Source of the DNA: Bdellovibrionales bacterium
GTDB lineage: Bacteria; Bdellovibrionota; Bdellovibrionia; Bdellovibrionales; UBA1609
Assembly (NCBI GenBank): GCA_041690295.1
Contig: JAWLHR010000004.1
Span: forward strand, 114,031 to 178,030
Direction: 5' to 3'
Length of the DNA stretch: 64,000 nt
Under the pieces are notes generated by a model that worked only from the letters and a program-made list of their open reading frames with translations, was not told where the DNA came from and made no database searches. The position numbers were made by a program, and so were the translations under genes. Below are positions 28,468 to 39,733 of this stretch, piece after piece (position 1 is the first letter of the stretch; each line of letters begins with the position of its first letter).

Positions 28468-28519
28468 GCCGTTCCTTTTCAGGATGCGTGGCATCCTGAA
28501 AAGGAACGGCCTACATTTT
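28459..28519. terminator. Long perfect inverted repeat between convergent lgt and nrdB
   Basis: 29-bp arms AAAATGTAGGCCGTTCCTTTTCAGGATGC and its reverse complement, 3-nt loop. Confidence 0.75.
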
Positions 28520-28523
28520 GAGA

Positions 28524-29522
28524 TTAGAACGATTCGTCGAAGTTCACGCTGCCGGTGACACCGACTTGATAGGCCGCCACCCGACGTTCAAAGAAATTGG
28601 TCAGTTCTTGAGTGTCCTGAAGTTCCATGAAACTGAACGGATTTTTCGCGCCGAACTGGTGGGGAATGCCCAAGCGCTCAAGCCGCAAATCCGTGATGTA
28701 CTCGAGGTAGGTGCGCATGTCGCGCGCGCTGAGCCCGGCCACGCCGTGATCCAAGATGTCGTGGGCGAAGGTCATCTCGCAGTCCACGGCTTCTTTAAAC
28801 ATGGCGATGACCATGTCTTTCATGCGGTCATCAAAAAGCTCAGGCTCTTCCTCGATGGCGGTGTCGATGACTTTAAAGGCGAAGTCGATGTGACCGCTTT
28901 CATCGCGGAAGACCCAGTTGGTTCCGGTGGCCAAACCATTCAACAGGCCTTTTGAGCGCAGGAAGTACACGTAAGCGAAGGCGGCGAAGAAGAACAGACC
29001 TTCGATCGTGCCGGCAAAACAAATCAGATTCATCAAGAAACGGCGACGATCCTCAACAGTCTCGAGTTTTTCGAGTTCGTTGATGGAATCCATCCACTTA
29101 AAGCTGTACTGACCCTTCTTTTGAATTGAAGGGATATTGTGAATGGCCGCGAACGCCTGCTCACGCTCCTTCAAATCCGGAATGTAAGTGTCGAGCAGAG
29201 TCAGATAGAACTGCACATGCAAGGCCTCTTCATAGAGCTGGCGCGAAAGATAAAGCCGCGCCTCGGGCGAGTTGACGTGCTTATAGAGATTCAAAACCAG
29301 GTTATTGCCCACGATGGAATCACCGGTGGCGAAAAAAGCCACCAGCCGATTGATCAAAAAGCGTTCCGCGGGCGTGAGCTTGCGTTGCAAGTCGACGATG
29401 TCGCTGGAAAAATCGACTTCATCAACGGTCCACGTGTTCTTGATGGCGTTTTTGTACATCTCGTAGAACACGGGATAACGCATTGGACGTAAAGTCAGAT
29501 TAAAGCCGGGTTGTAATATCAT
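28524..29522 (-). CDS. nrdB: Ribonucleotide reductase class Ia beta subunit
   Basis: FFATGD, EEALHVQFY, EGLFF, RDESGH, NFFE. Confidence 0.95.
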   Translation of the reverse strand: MILQPGFNLTLRPMRYPVFYEMYKNAIKNTWTVDEVDFSSDIVDLQRKLTPAERFLINRLVAFFATGDSIVGNNLVLNLYKHVNSPEARLYLSRQLYEEALHVQFYLTLLDTYIPDLKEREQAFAAIHNIPSIQKKGQYSFKWMDSINELEKLETVEDRRRFLMNLICFAGTIEGLFFFAAFAYVYFLRSKGLLNGLATGTNWVFRDESGHIDFAFKVIDTAIEEEPELFDDRMKDMVIAMFKEAVDCEMTFAHDILDHGVAGLSARDMRTYLEYITDLRLERLGIPHQFGAKNPFSFMELQDTQELTNFFERRVAAYQVGVTGSVNFDESF

Positions 29523-29544
29523 GATGTCTCTCCTCATTTCCTAA

Positions 29545-31953
29545 CTATTGACAAGCTTCGCAATATTCCGGGTTCTCCAACGAGCAAGCCAGAGCCTCTT
29601 CATCCGTGTACTTCTTCTTTGGCTCTTCGCTGGTTCGTGTGGTGACCTTGGCGATGCGAGTCGCTGGACGTGAACGCAGGTAATAGGTGGTCTTAACACC
29701 CATCTTCCACGCGTACATGTACATCGACGAAAGTTTGCCGATGGTCGGGCTTTCAATGAACAGATTCAACGATTGCGACTGATCGATAAAAGCACCGCGG
29801 GCGGCCGCCATATCAATCAAGGCTTTCTGCGGGATTTCCCAAACCGTTCGGAAAACCGATTTGATGTCATCCGGAATATCTTCAATGGATTGAATGGACC
29901 CTTCCGCCGCTTTGATGCGATTACGGATATCCTCATTCCAAAGATTGCGCTTCTTCAAGGCGTCCACCAGATACCGGTTCACCTGGATGAACTCGCCGGA
30001 GAGAGTTTCCCGTTTGAACAGGTTTGAGACCTGCGGTTCGATGGCTTCATAAGCCCCCACGATCGACGCGATGGTCGCCGTCGGTGCGATGGCGATCATT
30101 AAGGAGTTCCTCAAGCCGATGGTTTTGATTTTCCGGCGCAGACGCTCCCAGCGCTCGCTGTCTTCGGGTTTAACGCCCCAAAGATCGAACTGTAAGATTC
30201 CCTTGGCCGCACGGGTTTCCGCGAAGGCCGGGTGGGGACCGAATTTTTCCGCCAAAGCACACGATGTTTTCAAGGCGTTGAAATAAATCTCCTCTTGAAT
30301 CTTGGTGGAGAGTTTCAGCGCCTCTTCCGAATCAAAAGGCAGGTTGAGTTTAAAGAAAACATCCTGCAAACCCATCACGCCGAGACCGACAGGGCGCCAA
30401 CGTTGATTGGAGCTCGCGGCGGTCGGGATCGGGTAGAAGTTAATGTCCACCACGCGATCCAGGAACTTGATCGCGATTTCAGCCGTATGGGCCAGCTTTT
30501 CAAAATCAAACCGGCCATCGACCACGTGAGCGCCCAGGTTGATTGAACCCAGATTGCAAACGGCCGTTTCACCATCGGATGTCACCTCTAAAATCTCAGT
30601 GCAGAGATTGGAAAGGTGAATCACATTGTGAGCCAAACCGGTTTGGTTCGATTTTTTATTGCAGGCGTCTTTGAAGGTCATCCAGCCATTGCCGGTTTGA
30701 GCCAGTGTCTTCATCATGCGGGCGTAAAGATCACGGGCCTTCACTTGCCGCACATATTTCTTTTCAGCCTCGGCCTGTTCATAGGCTTTTTCAAATTCTT
30801 CGCCGTAGAGATCCACGAAATGGGGCACTTCTTTAGGATCAAAGAGCGACCACATCTCATCGGCTTCCACTCGCCGCATGAAGATATCCGGAACCCAGTT
30901 GGCCAGGTTCAGATTGTGCGTGCGTTGCGCTTCATCACCGGTGTTGTCGCGGAGCTCGAGGAATTCCTCGATATCCGAGTGCCAGGTTTCCAAATAAATG
31001 CAAGCCGCGCCTTTGCGGCGGCCGCCTTGATTCACCGCCGCGACCGACGAATCCAAAGTCTTGAGCCAGGGCACGAGACCGTTGGAATGCCCATTCGTGC
31101 CTTTGATCAAAGAACCACGGCTTCGCACGCGCGAAAACGAAACACCGATACCGCCGGCGAATTTCGACAAGAGCGCGATGTCTTTGTACTTGTCGTAAAT
31201 CGACGACAGATCATCTTGGGGGGAATCCAGCAAATAACAAGACGACAACTGCGGGCGATTGGTGGCCGAATTGAACAGCGTCGGCGAACTGGGCATGTAA
31301 TCCAGGCTCGAAATCAATTCATAGAATTCTTTGGCTTCCTGAAAGGTGTTGGCCAGCCCGCAAGCCACGCGCAAAAAGAAATACTGAGGCGTCTCCACGA
31401 CCTGGCGGCTGACCGGATCTTTTAAAAGATAGCGGTCATAGATCGTCCTCAAGCCGAAATACTCGAAACGATGAGTGCGGGATTCATCAACAATGATGTT
31501 CAGCGCCTCTTTGTGCTCTTTCACGAACTTGTATTTCTCTTCGCTCACCAATCCCTGTTTATAGGCCAAGGTGATGGAGTCATAGAAGTTGCGCACATTC
31601 TGATTGGTCACTTCCTCACCGATGTAACGGGCGAGCAACCGCGAGGCCAGGCGTGAGTATTGCGGCTCTTCGCCAATCAACAAAGCGGCGGTTTGAATGC
31701 AAAGCTGGTCGAGCTCTTTGGTGGTGGCGCCATCATACAGGCCGCTGATGACTTTCGCCGCCACACGCATGGGATCCACTTCCTTGAGTCCCGTGGAGCA
31801 GGCCAAGACCACGTTCACGATTTTGTTGACGTCGACCGGTTGTAAACTGCCATCGCGCTTGCGCACGCGCATGACGATCGGTCCCTCGCCTCCGGCTTCA
31901 GGAGCGATTGGATTCATGGCGACCTTTTCCATGGTCTCAGTTTGTACGTTCAT
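29545..31953 (-). CDS. nrdA: Ribonucleotide reductase alpha subunit with ATP cone
   Basis: VRKRDG ATP cone, SPTLFN, SSCYL, SNLCTE, VCNLGS, APTAT, C-terminal CEAC. Confidence 0.96.
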   Translation of the reverse strand: MNVQTETMEKVAMNPIAPEAGGEGPIVMRVRKRDGSLQPVDVNKIVNVVLACSTGLKEVDPMRVAAKVISGLYDGATTKELDQLCIQTAALLIGEEPQYSRLASRLLARYIGEEVTNQNVRNFYDSITLAYKQGLVSEEKYKFVKEHKEALNIIVDESRTHRFEYFGLRTIYDRYLLKDPVSRQVVETPQYFFLRVACGLANTFQEAKEFYELISSLDYMPSSPTLFNSATNRPQLSSCYLLDSPQDDLSSIYDKYKDIALLSKFAGGIGVSFSRVRSRGSLIKGTNGHSNGLVPWLKTLDSSVAAVNQGGRRKGAACIYLETWHSDIEEFLELRDNTGDEAQRTHNLNLANWVPDIFMRRVEADEMWSLFDPKEVPHFVDLYGEEFEKAYEQAEAEKKYVRQVKARDLYARMMKTLAQTGNGWMTFKDACNKKSNQTGLAHNVIHLSNLCTEILEVTSDGETAVCNLGSINLGAHVVDGRFDFEKLAHTAEIAIKFLDRVVDINFYPIPTAASSNQRWRPVGLGVMGLQDVFFKLNLPFDSEEALKLSTKIQEEIYFNALKTSCALAEKFGPHPAFAETRAAKGILQFDLWGVKPEDSERWERLRRKIKTIGLRNSLMIAIAPTATIASIVGAYEAIEPQVSNLFKRETLSGEFIQVNRYLVDALKKRNLWNEDIRNRIKAAEGSIQSIEDIPDDIKSVFRTVWEIPQKALIDMAAARGAFIDQSQSLNLFIESPTIGKLSSMYMYAWKMGVKTTYYLRSRPATRIAKVTTRTSEEPKKKYTDEEALACSLENPEYCEACQ

Positions 31954-32362
31954 TCTTATTTACCCCCATAAGTTTTAAGGTGTGCAATGCCTGTGAGACG
32001 TTTCCGTCCATTCGAAAAGTCACTGAAATCCCCCTACAAACTTCAGAACTTTGGTTCGTTGAATTGTCAGGATTAGCTGACAGAATTTTAACAATTTCAA
32101 CGCTAGCTCCACCTCTGAAAACATGTCAATGGCGATGCATTTGGCCGAACGAATAAAAAATTTTTTGTGATTGAAAAGACAGCACTCGCGAATGGATGAA
32201 GAAGAAAAATCATGAGCCGCTCCTGCTGCGCTGGCAGTCGTGAGTTGACTGCCAATCCGTGCTTAAATTGTATGCACCGAAAATGAAAAACCACAAGCCC
32301 TGAATCAGGGAAAAAAGTGGTGTGCCGCTTTTGACGCTCGAAACTTAATCAGAGCCAAAATT

Positions 32363-34297
32363 TCAACGTCTCATGCGCTGAGACATCAATTCTTTGACGA
32401 CGTTAGGATCGGCGAGAGTTGACGTGTCTCCAATATTATCGAGTTCATTGCAGGCGATCTTGCGCAAAATACGCCGCATAATTTTACCGCTTCGCGTTTT
32501 CGGCAAACCAGGCGCCCATTGAATCAAATCCGGCTTCGCCAAGCCGCCGATTTCCTTTTTCACCCATTCACCTAATTCCGCACGCAGTTCGTCCGTGGGT
32601 GTGACATCGGCGTTTAAGGTGACAAACGCGTAAATACCTTGGCCTTTGATATCATGGGGAAATCCAACCACCGCCGCTTCGCAGACTTTCGGGTGAGCGA
32701 CGAGCGCGCTTTCGATTTCAGCGGTTCCCAAACGGTGACCGGACACGTTCAAGACATCATCCACGCGCCCGATAATCCAGTAATCGCCATCGGCGTCGCG
32801 CGTACATCCGTCGCCGGTAAAATAAAGCCCCGGATAAGTTGCGAAATAAGTTTGATAAAAGCGCTCGTGATCTTTGTACACCGTTCGCATCTGTCCCGGC
32901 CACGAGGACTCCATGCAAAGATGACCGTTGGCCACACCTTCCAGGCGTTGTCCTTTGTCGTCCACGATCACGGGCTTCACACCGAAGAAGGGTTTGGTCG
33001 CCGAGCCCGGTTTAAGTTCCGTGGCGCCGGGCAGGGGTGTGATCATGATGCCGCCGGTTTCCGTTTGCCACCAGGTATCCACGATGGGGCAGCGGCTGTC
33101 GCCGACCACGCGATGATACCAAAGCCAAGCTTCCGGATTGATGGGTTCTCCCACCGAGCCTAAAAGGCGAAGGCTCGCCCGCGAGGTTTTCTTGACCGGT
33201 TCTTCTCCCAGCGCCATCAATGAGCGAATTAAAGTCGGTGCGGTATAGAGGATGCTGACTTTGTATTGATCGACGATTTCCCAGATCCGGCTGGTGGTGG
33301 GAAAAGTCGGCAGGCCTTCGTAAAGCACGCTAGTCGCGGCATTACTCAACGGACCGTAAAGGATGTAGCTATGGCCCGTGACCCAGCCGATATCCGCCGC
33401 GCACCAATAGATGTCTTCCGGATGGTAATCAAAGACCATCTGGTGAGTGAACGAAGCGTAAACCAGATAACCGGCGCTGGTATGCAAAACGCCTTTGGGT
33501 TTGTTGGTGGAGCCTGAGGTGTAAAGAAGAAACAGCGGATCCTCGGCGTCCACGACTTCCGGTTCACACTGTGTGGATTGATCGGCGACCAACTCGTGGT
33601 ACCAGACATCCCTCTCAGGATCCATCGGCACATCGCCGCCGGTGTGTCGAACCACGATCACGGATTTAACTCGCGGTGCTTTTTTAATGGCTTCCACCGT
33701 GTTGGCTTTCAGCGGCACTTTACGCCCACCGCGAACGCCTTCGTCCGCGGTGATGACATAATCGCTTTCACAGTCGTTGATTCGATCGGCGATGGACTCA
33801 GGGCTGAATCCGCCGAAAACAACCGAGTGAGCCGCGCCGATTCGCGCGCAGGCCAACATGGCGTAAACCGTTTCGGGAATCATGGGCATATATATGGTCA
33901 CTCGATCGCCTTTTTTGATACCGAGCTTTTTGTAGCCGTTAGCCAGGCGACCCACATGGTCATGAAGCATTTGGTAAGTGATGGCTTGGCGCGAATGCCG
34001 GGCGGGATCCTCGGGTTCCCAATAAAAAGCCACCTTATCTTTATGAGTGGGAAGATGGCGATCGACACAGTTGAAGCAAACGTTGAGCTTTGCTCCGCTA
34101 AACCATTCGATGTGCACGGGATATTCAAAAGTACAGTTTTGAACCTTATCCCATTTTTTGATCCAAGTTATGCGTTCGGCGATTTGACTCCAAAACTGAT
34201 CGGGGTCATTGACGCTCATTGGATAGAGGTCGTTGTACTTCGCTGAATTGATCCAAGCTTTCTGACTCCACTCCGCGCTGACTGGAAAACGGCTCAT
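32363..34297 (-). CDS. acs: Acetyl-CoA synthetase
   Basis: [32 protein letters not shown]. Confidence 0.96.
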   Translation of the reverse strand: MSRFPVSAEWSQKAWINSAKYNDLYPMSVNDPDQFWSQIAERITWIKKWDKVQNCTFEYPVHIEWFSGAKLNVCFNCVDRHLPTHKDKVAFYWEPEDPARHSRQAITYQMLHDHVGRLANGYKKLGIKKGDRVTIYMPMIPETVYAMLACARIGAAHSVVFGGFSPESIADRINDCESDYVITADEGVRGGRKVPLKANTVEAIKKAPRVKSVIVVRHTGGDVPMDPERDVWYHELVADQSTQCEPEVVDAEDPLFLLYTSGSTNKPKGVLHTSAGYLVYASFTHQMVFDYHPEDIYWCAADIGWVTGHSYILYGPLSNAATSVLYEGLPTFPTTSRIWEIVDQYKVSILYTAPTLIRSLMALGEEPVKKTSRASLRLLGSVGEPINPEAWLWYHRVVGDSRCPIVDTWWQTETGGIMITPLPGATELKPGSATKPFFGVKPVIVDDKGQRLEGVANGHLCMESSWPGQMRTVYKDHERFYQTYFATYPGLYFTGDGCTRDADGDYWIIGRVDDVLNVSGHRLGTAEIESALVAHPKVCEAAVVGFPHDIKGQGIYAFVTLNADVTPTDELRAELGEWVKKEIGGLAKPDLIQWAPGLPKTRSGKIMRRILRKIACNELDNIGDTSTLADPNVVKELMSQRMRR

Positions 34298-34326
34298 GTG
34301 ATTTCCCCCTCTTTCAATTCGGTAAC

Positions 34327-35406
34327 ATGAGTTGCTTCGCCCGCTCAAGGCCGATTATACTTGCCTCTGTGGCCAACGTTTTAGCGCGTAAACACTTTCG
34401 TGAACTCACGGATCTCGAGTCATTGATCGAGGGGTTCGGCAAGCGCGCGCGGCACCGGGTGGTGGCCGAAGTCACGCACGAAGGCAAAACCTATCCGCTC
34501 TATTGCGTCAGTCTGGGAAGTCAGGATCCTAAAGCCCCCGCGGTCGGGTATTTCGCCGGCGCGCACGGTTTGGAAAAGATCGGATCCGAAGTCGTCTTGG
34601 CCTACATGCACACCCTGTTGGAGTTGATGCGCTGGGATCGGCAAATTCAGGTGAGGCTGCGCCATTCCCGCTTGGTGTTCATGCCCATTTTAAATCCCGT
34701 GGGGATCATGCAACGCACACGCTCCAACGGCCGGGGCGTGGACCTCATGCGAAACTCACCTTTGGACGGTGAAGACTCGCATTCCTCGGCGATTTTTCGC
34801 GGTCATCGGATCTCACCCAAGCTGCCTTGGTATCGGGGGCCGGAAAATGAGGAAATGGAGATTGAAGTCAAAGCGTTGATGGAAGTGGTTGAACAGGAAC
34901 TGCTTTGCTCCTCCTGTGCGCTGTCCGTGGATGTCCATTCCGGATTCGGCGCTAAAGATCGATTCTGGTTTCCTTACGCGCACACGCGCCGGCCGTTTCC
35001 TTATCTGGCGGAAGCTTACGCGATGAAGGAAATCTTCGATCAAACATATCCCCACCATTTTTACGCCTTTGAACCCATGTCCCGTCAGTACACGATCCAT
35101 GGCGATCCCTGGGATTATCTTTTTGAAGAAAACCGCAAGCGTAAGGATGCGGGATTCTATATCCCGTTCACTTTGGAAATGGGCTCCTGGTTGTGGTTGA
35201 AAAAGAACCCGCTTCAGGTCTTTTGGAAAGACGGCATGTTCGATCCGCGACTTCCGCACCGGCGCAGTCGGATTTTAAGGCGACACTTGAACTTATTCGA
35301 TTTTCTCCATCGCGCGGTTCTTTCGCCGGACGGATGGTTGCGCCAGTCCGATGATTTAAGAATGCAAAACACCCGAAAAGCTTTGGAACTCTGGTATGAA
35401 AAATAG
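34327..35406 (+). CDS. M14 family zinc carboxypeptidase
   Basis: [30 protein letters not shown]; start uncertain. Confidence 0.8.
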   Translation: MSCFARSRPIILASVANVLARKHFRELTDLESLIEGFGKRARHRVVAEVTHEGKTYPLYCVSLGSQDPKAPAVGYFAGAHGLEKIGSEVVLAYMHTLLELMRWDRQIQVRLRHSRLVFMPILNPVGIMQRTRSNGRGVDLMRNSPLDGEDSHSSAIFRGHRISPKLPWYRGPENEEMEIEVKALMEVVEQELLCSSCALSVDVHSGFGAKDRFWFPYAHTRRPFPYLAEAYAMKEIFDQTYPHHFYAFEPMSRQYTIHGDPWDYLFEENRKRKDAGFYIPFTLEMGSWLWLKKNPLQVFWKDGMFDPRLPHRRSRILRRHLNLFDFLHRAVLSPDGWLRQSDDLRMQNTRKALELWYEK

Positions 35407-36172
35407 ACGAACCTGGATTCTTTTGCGTGGTCTGGCGCGGGAGAAAGGGCATTGGGGCGCTTTTACCGAACAAATGGCGGCGCGCTTCCCCGACGATGAG
35501 ATTTTGCCCCTGGATTTGCCGGGCGCGGGTGAGTTCCGCGATGTCACGGCTCCGCGAACAATGAACCAGATTTATGAGTTCGTGCGCGCGCGGGCGGTGG
35601 AACGGGCGAAAATGCAAAATTCGTTTTCGTTGATCGCCATTTCCCTGGGCGGAATGGTGGCGCTCGAGTGGATGAGACAAAAGCCCGAGGATTTGGCGGA
35701 GTGCGTGCTCATTAACACCAGTTCGAAAGCGTTAAGCCCGTTTTTTGAGCGCCTGCGCTGGCAGGTGTGGAAATCGGTCGTGTCGATTTTGATGACGGGA
35801 ACGCCTCGGGAGCGGGAAAGCAAATTGGTCGATCTGCTGATCAATTCAGCTGAAGCCAGAAACAAAGCTCTTCCTCTTTGGATTCGGCTCGCGACCGAGC
35901 ATCCGATTCGTTACAAAAACGTGATTCATCAACTCATGGCGGCGGCTCAGTTTAATGATCTACCGCCCGAAAATTGTGCCACACCCACTCTGGTTCTTTG
36001 TGGCTTGGGTGACCGGTTCGTCGACCCTTCCTGCTCCCTGGCGCTTGCGGAAAAAATGAACTGGCCGGTGAAGCGCCACCCCTGGGGCGGGCATGATCTC
36101 ACCTGGGATGATCCCGACTGGGTGATTTCTCAGATTCAAGCTTGGCTGGAAAGCGCGGATCGCATAGCTTAA
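35396..36172 (+). CDS. Alpha/beta hydrolase
   Basis: LLRGL, DLPGAG, ISLGG nucleophile elbow, D (GDRFV), H (GGHD). Confidence 0.88.
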   Translation: MKNRRTWILLRGLAREKGHWGAFTEQMAARFPDDEILPLDLPGAGEFRDVTAPRTMNQIYEFVRARAVERAKMQNSFSLIAISLGGMVALEWMRQKPEDLAECVLINTSSKALSPFFERLRWQVWKSVVSILMTGTPRERESKLVDLLINSAEARNKALPLWIRLATEHPIRYKNVIHQLMAAAQFNDLPPENCATPTLVLCGLGDRFVDPSCSLALAEKMNWPVKRHPWGGHDLTWDDPDWVISQIQAWLESADRIA

Positions 36173-36194
36173 TAAATCAGGTATAGGGGGGGGA

Positions 36195-37547
36195 GTGAGC
36201 AGGTACGGCTGTTTCACTGCAGGATTTTTATTATTGGCATGCACCGCGAAGGCGTCCACTCTCCGTTTGCAGAACAGTCAGTACGTCAGCTCCAACACCG
36301 CCTACTTCCGATCGGGCGCGAGCACGGAAAACGCTTCGATCAGTTTATTTCTCAATGAAGATTATAAATTCAACGGGCGCTATGACGCCCGGATGGATTT
36401 AAAAAACGAATACAGTTCCACCGAAAACTGGAACTACCTTCATGTCCATCAGGCCTATGTGCGATACAAACTGGATCGCGATGCTCTTCACTTGGGCCGC
36501 AAACAGGAACAGTGGTCGAGTTGGGATCAGGATTGGCGCCTCGGAGTTTTTGAACCGCGGTACATGCAAAACCGTTTGCGTCCCGAAGGCGCGGGCTTGG
36601 TGGGATTTTATTATAACGGACGCTCCGGCCAGCGGACGTGGACCATCGCCGCCTTGCCGGTTCATATCCCTGAAACCGGAGCCCATTTCTGGATTCAGGA
36701 CGGGCAGTTTGTTTCGCGCAATCCCTGGTTCAATCCGCCGGCCAGCCGGTACAATTTTCGCGGCGAACCGGGGGACATCCGCTATCGTGTGAACACACCT
36801 GATTTCGAAGAACTGGCACTGCGACCCGGCGTCGCGGTCAAGTGGGAACACCTTGATGATTCCGGCTTTCGTTTCGCCGGAGCTTACAAGCCGGTGCCCC
36901 AGCTCATGCTTGGTTTTCCCTCATTGGGGAAATACGTGCTGTCTGATACGGAAAATTATTTGAGTGTGGAAGTGACGGCGAAGGTGGCTTACCACGCGCT
37001 TGTCTCCGGTGAAGGATGGGTTAAGTCGGGGCCATGGACCGTGAATTTTGGTTTGGCCCGTGATGAAGTGCTTGAATCGCACGTTCCGGCCGATTGGACG
37101 GCGCAAACCTTCACGCCCGCCTGGATCTGGTCGGCTTCCCTGTCTCGCCCGCTGGAAGCGGAAGGTCCCTCCGCGCGGCGACTTCGCTTTTCGATTCTGA
37201 AAGTCACCGGAGGTGACGGCGACGATCGGGGAGTTTTCGCGTCGGACCGCCGCTTATTCGAAAGACGCTTTCAATATTTAGAGGCCTATTCGGCCGCCTT
37301 GATTTTTCCCGTTCGCGGACTTGCGCCGGCGGGCCTGCGGTTGGAAACGCGGGCCACGTATGATCGCCTACAAAACGGCGGATCCTTTCTCGTGGCGGCG
37401 GGATATGGTTTTTCGCGTGATTGGCGAATCGACGCCGAAGTTGAATTTCTCGGTTTGTTAGGGGAGTCCGCCATTGTCGATGATGGATTTTTCTCCACCT
37501 ATCGCGCCAATGATCGCGTGTCCTTAGGAATGAGCTATGTTTTTTAA
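36195..37547 (+). CDS. Outer-membrane beta-barrel protein (module 1)
   Basis: Signal peptide, amphipathic strands, C-terminal YRANDRVSLGMSYVF beta-signal. Confidence 0.7.
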   Translation: MSRYGCFTAGFLLLACTAKASTLRLQNSQYVSSNTAYFRSGASTENASISLFLNEDYKFNGRYDARMDLKNEYSSTENWNYLHVHQAYVRYKLDRDALHLGRKQEQWSSWDQDWRLGVFEPRYMQNRLRPEGAGLVGFYYNGRSGQRTWTIAALPVHIPETGAHFWIQDGQFVSRNPWFNPPASRYNFRGEPGDIRYRVNTPDFEELALRPGVAVKWEHLDDSGFRFAGAYKPVPQLMLGFPSLGKYVLSDTENYLSVEVTAKVAYHALVSGEGWVKSGPWTVNFGLARDEVLESHVPADWTAQTFTPAWIWSASLSRPLEAEGPSARRLRFSILKVTGGDGDDRGVFASDRRLFERRFQYLEAYSAALIFPVRGLAPAGLRLETRATYDRLQNGGSFLVAAGYGFSRDWRIDAEVEFLGLLGESAIVDDGFFSTYRANDRVSLGMSYVF

Positions 37548-39621
37548 AAGGTTGTTCGCATTTTGGTTTTTGGTTGGCATTCTCCTGGGTTGCGCGGGTG
37601 AAAACAAACCGCCGGCGCCGGCCATTCAAGTTCACCTGAAAGGTGACGTCGGTTGTTTGGATCGCTTGGGTCCAAAAATTAAAGATTATTTTTCAGCGCG
37701 CCTATCGGACGACGAAACAAAGTCAATCTTCAATTGCCTCTCCCATGCGGTCTTCGAGTTCCAACGGTTGACGACGGGAACTCTGGAGAACGGCGCCTAC
37801 ACTCCCGAAAGCGTATTTCGCTTTCTCAAGACGCATTTTTTTAAAGAGCTTCAGCTCAGCCCGGAATTGAGTTCCGACTTAATGGCTTTAAAGAAAATCC
37901 TTCTTTCCGGCGCGATTGACCGCATCGAAAAAGAAAAGCTCACCGAATTGCGCGTCCTCTTGGATCAGCTTAAAGGTATCGCGTTGGATCTGAGGCCACA
38001 TATTCCCATTCTCCTTGGGGCGCGTGTCGGTACCGATCAGGAACGTGAAATCGCGGTCCAAAAACTCGGTCGAAATTTAGTTTTGATCGGGGCTTGGCTG
38101 CAGCGGCAGGGCGAGCCGCTTCCGTTTCATCAGATTCAGCGCGCGCTGGCCAATTTAAAAACCTTGTTCGATGGTTCGTCAGGGGGACTGATCTCTGATT
38201 TGGAGAGGAAAATTTCGCTTCTTCCTTATCTTAAGTTAATCGCTTTGGCGGGCCAGAGTGATCGAATTGAAAGCGATAAGTGGATGGCTTTTTTCGAAGC
38301 CGTTGGGCACGGATTGGGCGCGTTCCTTCATTTTCGGGTTTTCTTTCAAGAGGATTTAAATTCCGCGTTGGTGCGTCGGGCGGTGCCACAATCCGTTCTG
38401 AGTTTGGTTCGTCTTTTTAATCTTTCCAACTCACACCATCCCAACGGGGTTCCCATCGAGTTATGGGACCGCCTTTTTATGGAGCTCGAATCCGTCGAAC
38501 TCGTGGGTGAAGGAAAGGCCGCGGCTTTTCAATCCACGCTTCGCTGGATGTTGAGTCGTGGGTTCAGCGAAGATCGAAACGAGGTCCGCTCGCTCACGCC
38601 GGAGCATGTGGAGCGAATGCAGGACGTGGCATTGACTTGGTTGGCCCTCTTGAACCCGGGCGAAGGGCCGATGGGAAAAGACGAAGGAGCTTTTGCTCGG
38701 GTGTTATCGGCGTCCGCTCCCATGGCATGGGATGCCCAAGGGCGATTGGAACATCGTAGACCAGGTCCCGCGGATTGGTCGATCAGCGCGCGCCGACGAA
38801 TGGTTTGGCCGTTCGTCATTCTGAATTGGCTTCGCCGCGCCTATGTCGGCGACCGAGATCATCTCACCCCATCGGATATGGATGTGGCGGTCGCTGAAGT
38901 TTTGCCGATTTTGCAAAGCTTCGGATGGCTGAAAGATACCAAGTTGACGATCGGCCGAAGATTGCTTCGCGAGGCGGATCTCTTCACATCGGCTTCCAAT
39001 GGTGACCTTCTTTTGGATCTGAATGAGGCCGTCCGTTATCTGGTGTTTGTCGCCTCGGGATTTCGGTCGGCGGAGATTTGGATGACCGAGGCCGCCCGGC
39101 ATTGCGGACCCGAGCCGCAGGTGAACTGTGTTCGGCGGATCGCCACGCGAGCGGACTCCGACATTTTAAGTTCAATGCCCCATTTGCGATCGGTGGTCCT
39201 CAGCCGGCCCGAATTCTTTATCACTTATATGAAACAAGGCGAGGAGATCGTATTTGGAAAGGTCGCTCCCCAATTGTCCACTTTGGACATCCTTCAAGTC
39301 TGGCAGATCTTCCAGTACGTGGAGATGTTCTTGCGTCTTTACGATGTCAGCGAAAATGAATTGATCTCCCTCGACGAGGCGCTGGCCGCTTATCCGATTT
39401 ATGGGCCAACCCTGAATAGTTTATTCTCTCCGCCCGGACACCCGCTTCCTGAACAGGATCTTTTGGCATTTTTTACATTCATGATGAAGTACGGCGACAC
39501 CCCTGAGATGTTTGGTGGCCAAGTTCTCTTCAATCATTGGAAATGGCGGCCAAACGAGTGGTCTTTGAGCGCGGACAGGTCGATTTTAATGGGAATTCTC
39601 AATCAATTGTCGAAGAGATAA
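37537..39621 (+). CDS. Large helical lipoprotein with EF-hand-like loop (module 1)
   Basis: Lipobox LLGC; DVSENELISLDE; paralogous to 41130..43550. Confidence 0.75.
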   Translation: MFFKRLFAFWFLVGILLGCAGENKPPAPAIQVHLKGDVGCLDRLGPKIKDYFSARLSDDETKSIFNCLSHAVFEFQRLTTGTLENGAYTPESVFRFLKTHFFKELQLSPELSSDLMALKKILLSGAIDRIEKEKLTELRVLLDQLKGIALDLRPHIPILLGARVGTDQEREIAVQKLGRNLVLIGAWLQRQGEPLPFHQIQRALANLKTLFDGSSGGLISDLERKISLLPYLKLIALAGQSDRIESDKWMAFFEAVGHGLGAFLHFRVFFQEDLNSALVRRAVPQSVLSLVRLFNLSNSHHPNGVPIELWDRLFMELESVELVGEGKAAAFQSTLRWMLSRGFSEDRNEVRSLTPEHVERMQDVALTWLALLNPGEGPMGKDEGAFARVLSASAPMAWDAQGRLEHRRPGPADWSISARRRMVWPFVILNWLRRAYVGDRDHLTPSDMDVAVAEVLPILQSFGWLKDTKLTIGRRLLREADLFTSASNGDLLLDLNEAVRYLVFVASGFRSAEIWMTEAARHCGPEPQVNCVRRIATRADSDILSSMPHLRSVVLSRPEFFITYMKQGEEIVFGKVAPQLSTLDILQVWQIFQYVEMFLRLYDVSENELISLDEALAAYPIYGPTLNSLFSPPGHPLPEQDLLAFFTFMMKYGDTPEMFGGQVLFNHWKWRPNEWSLSADRSILMGILNQLSKR

Positions 39622-39733
39622 ACAAAAATACCTGTTTTCGTGAAATACTTACACATGACTCGGCTCCAATTTGTAACTCCACGATGAACAGTTGTAAAAT
39701 CACGGGCCTGGGCTTCGAGGAGGGCCCAGGTGA

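Noticed and set aside
31954..32362. NrdR boxes or a riboswitch upstream of nrdA
   Set aside because: No convincing match to acaCwAtATaTwGtgt or to a cobalamin riboswitch core by eye.
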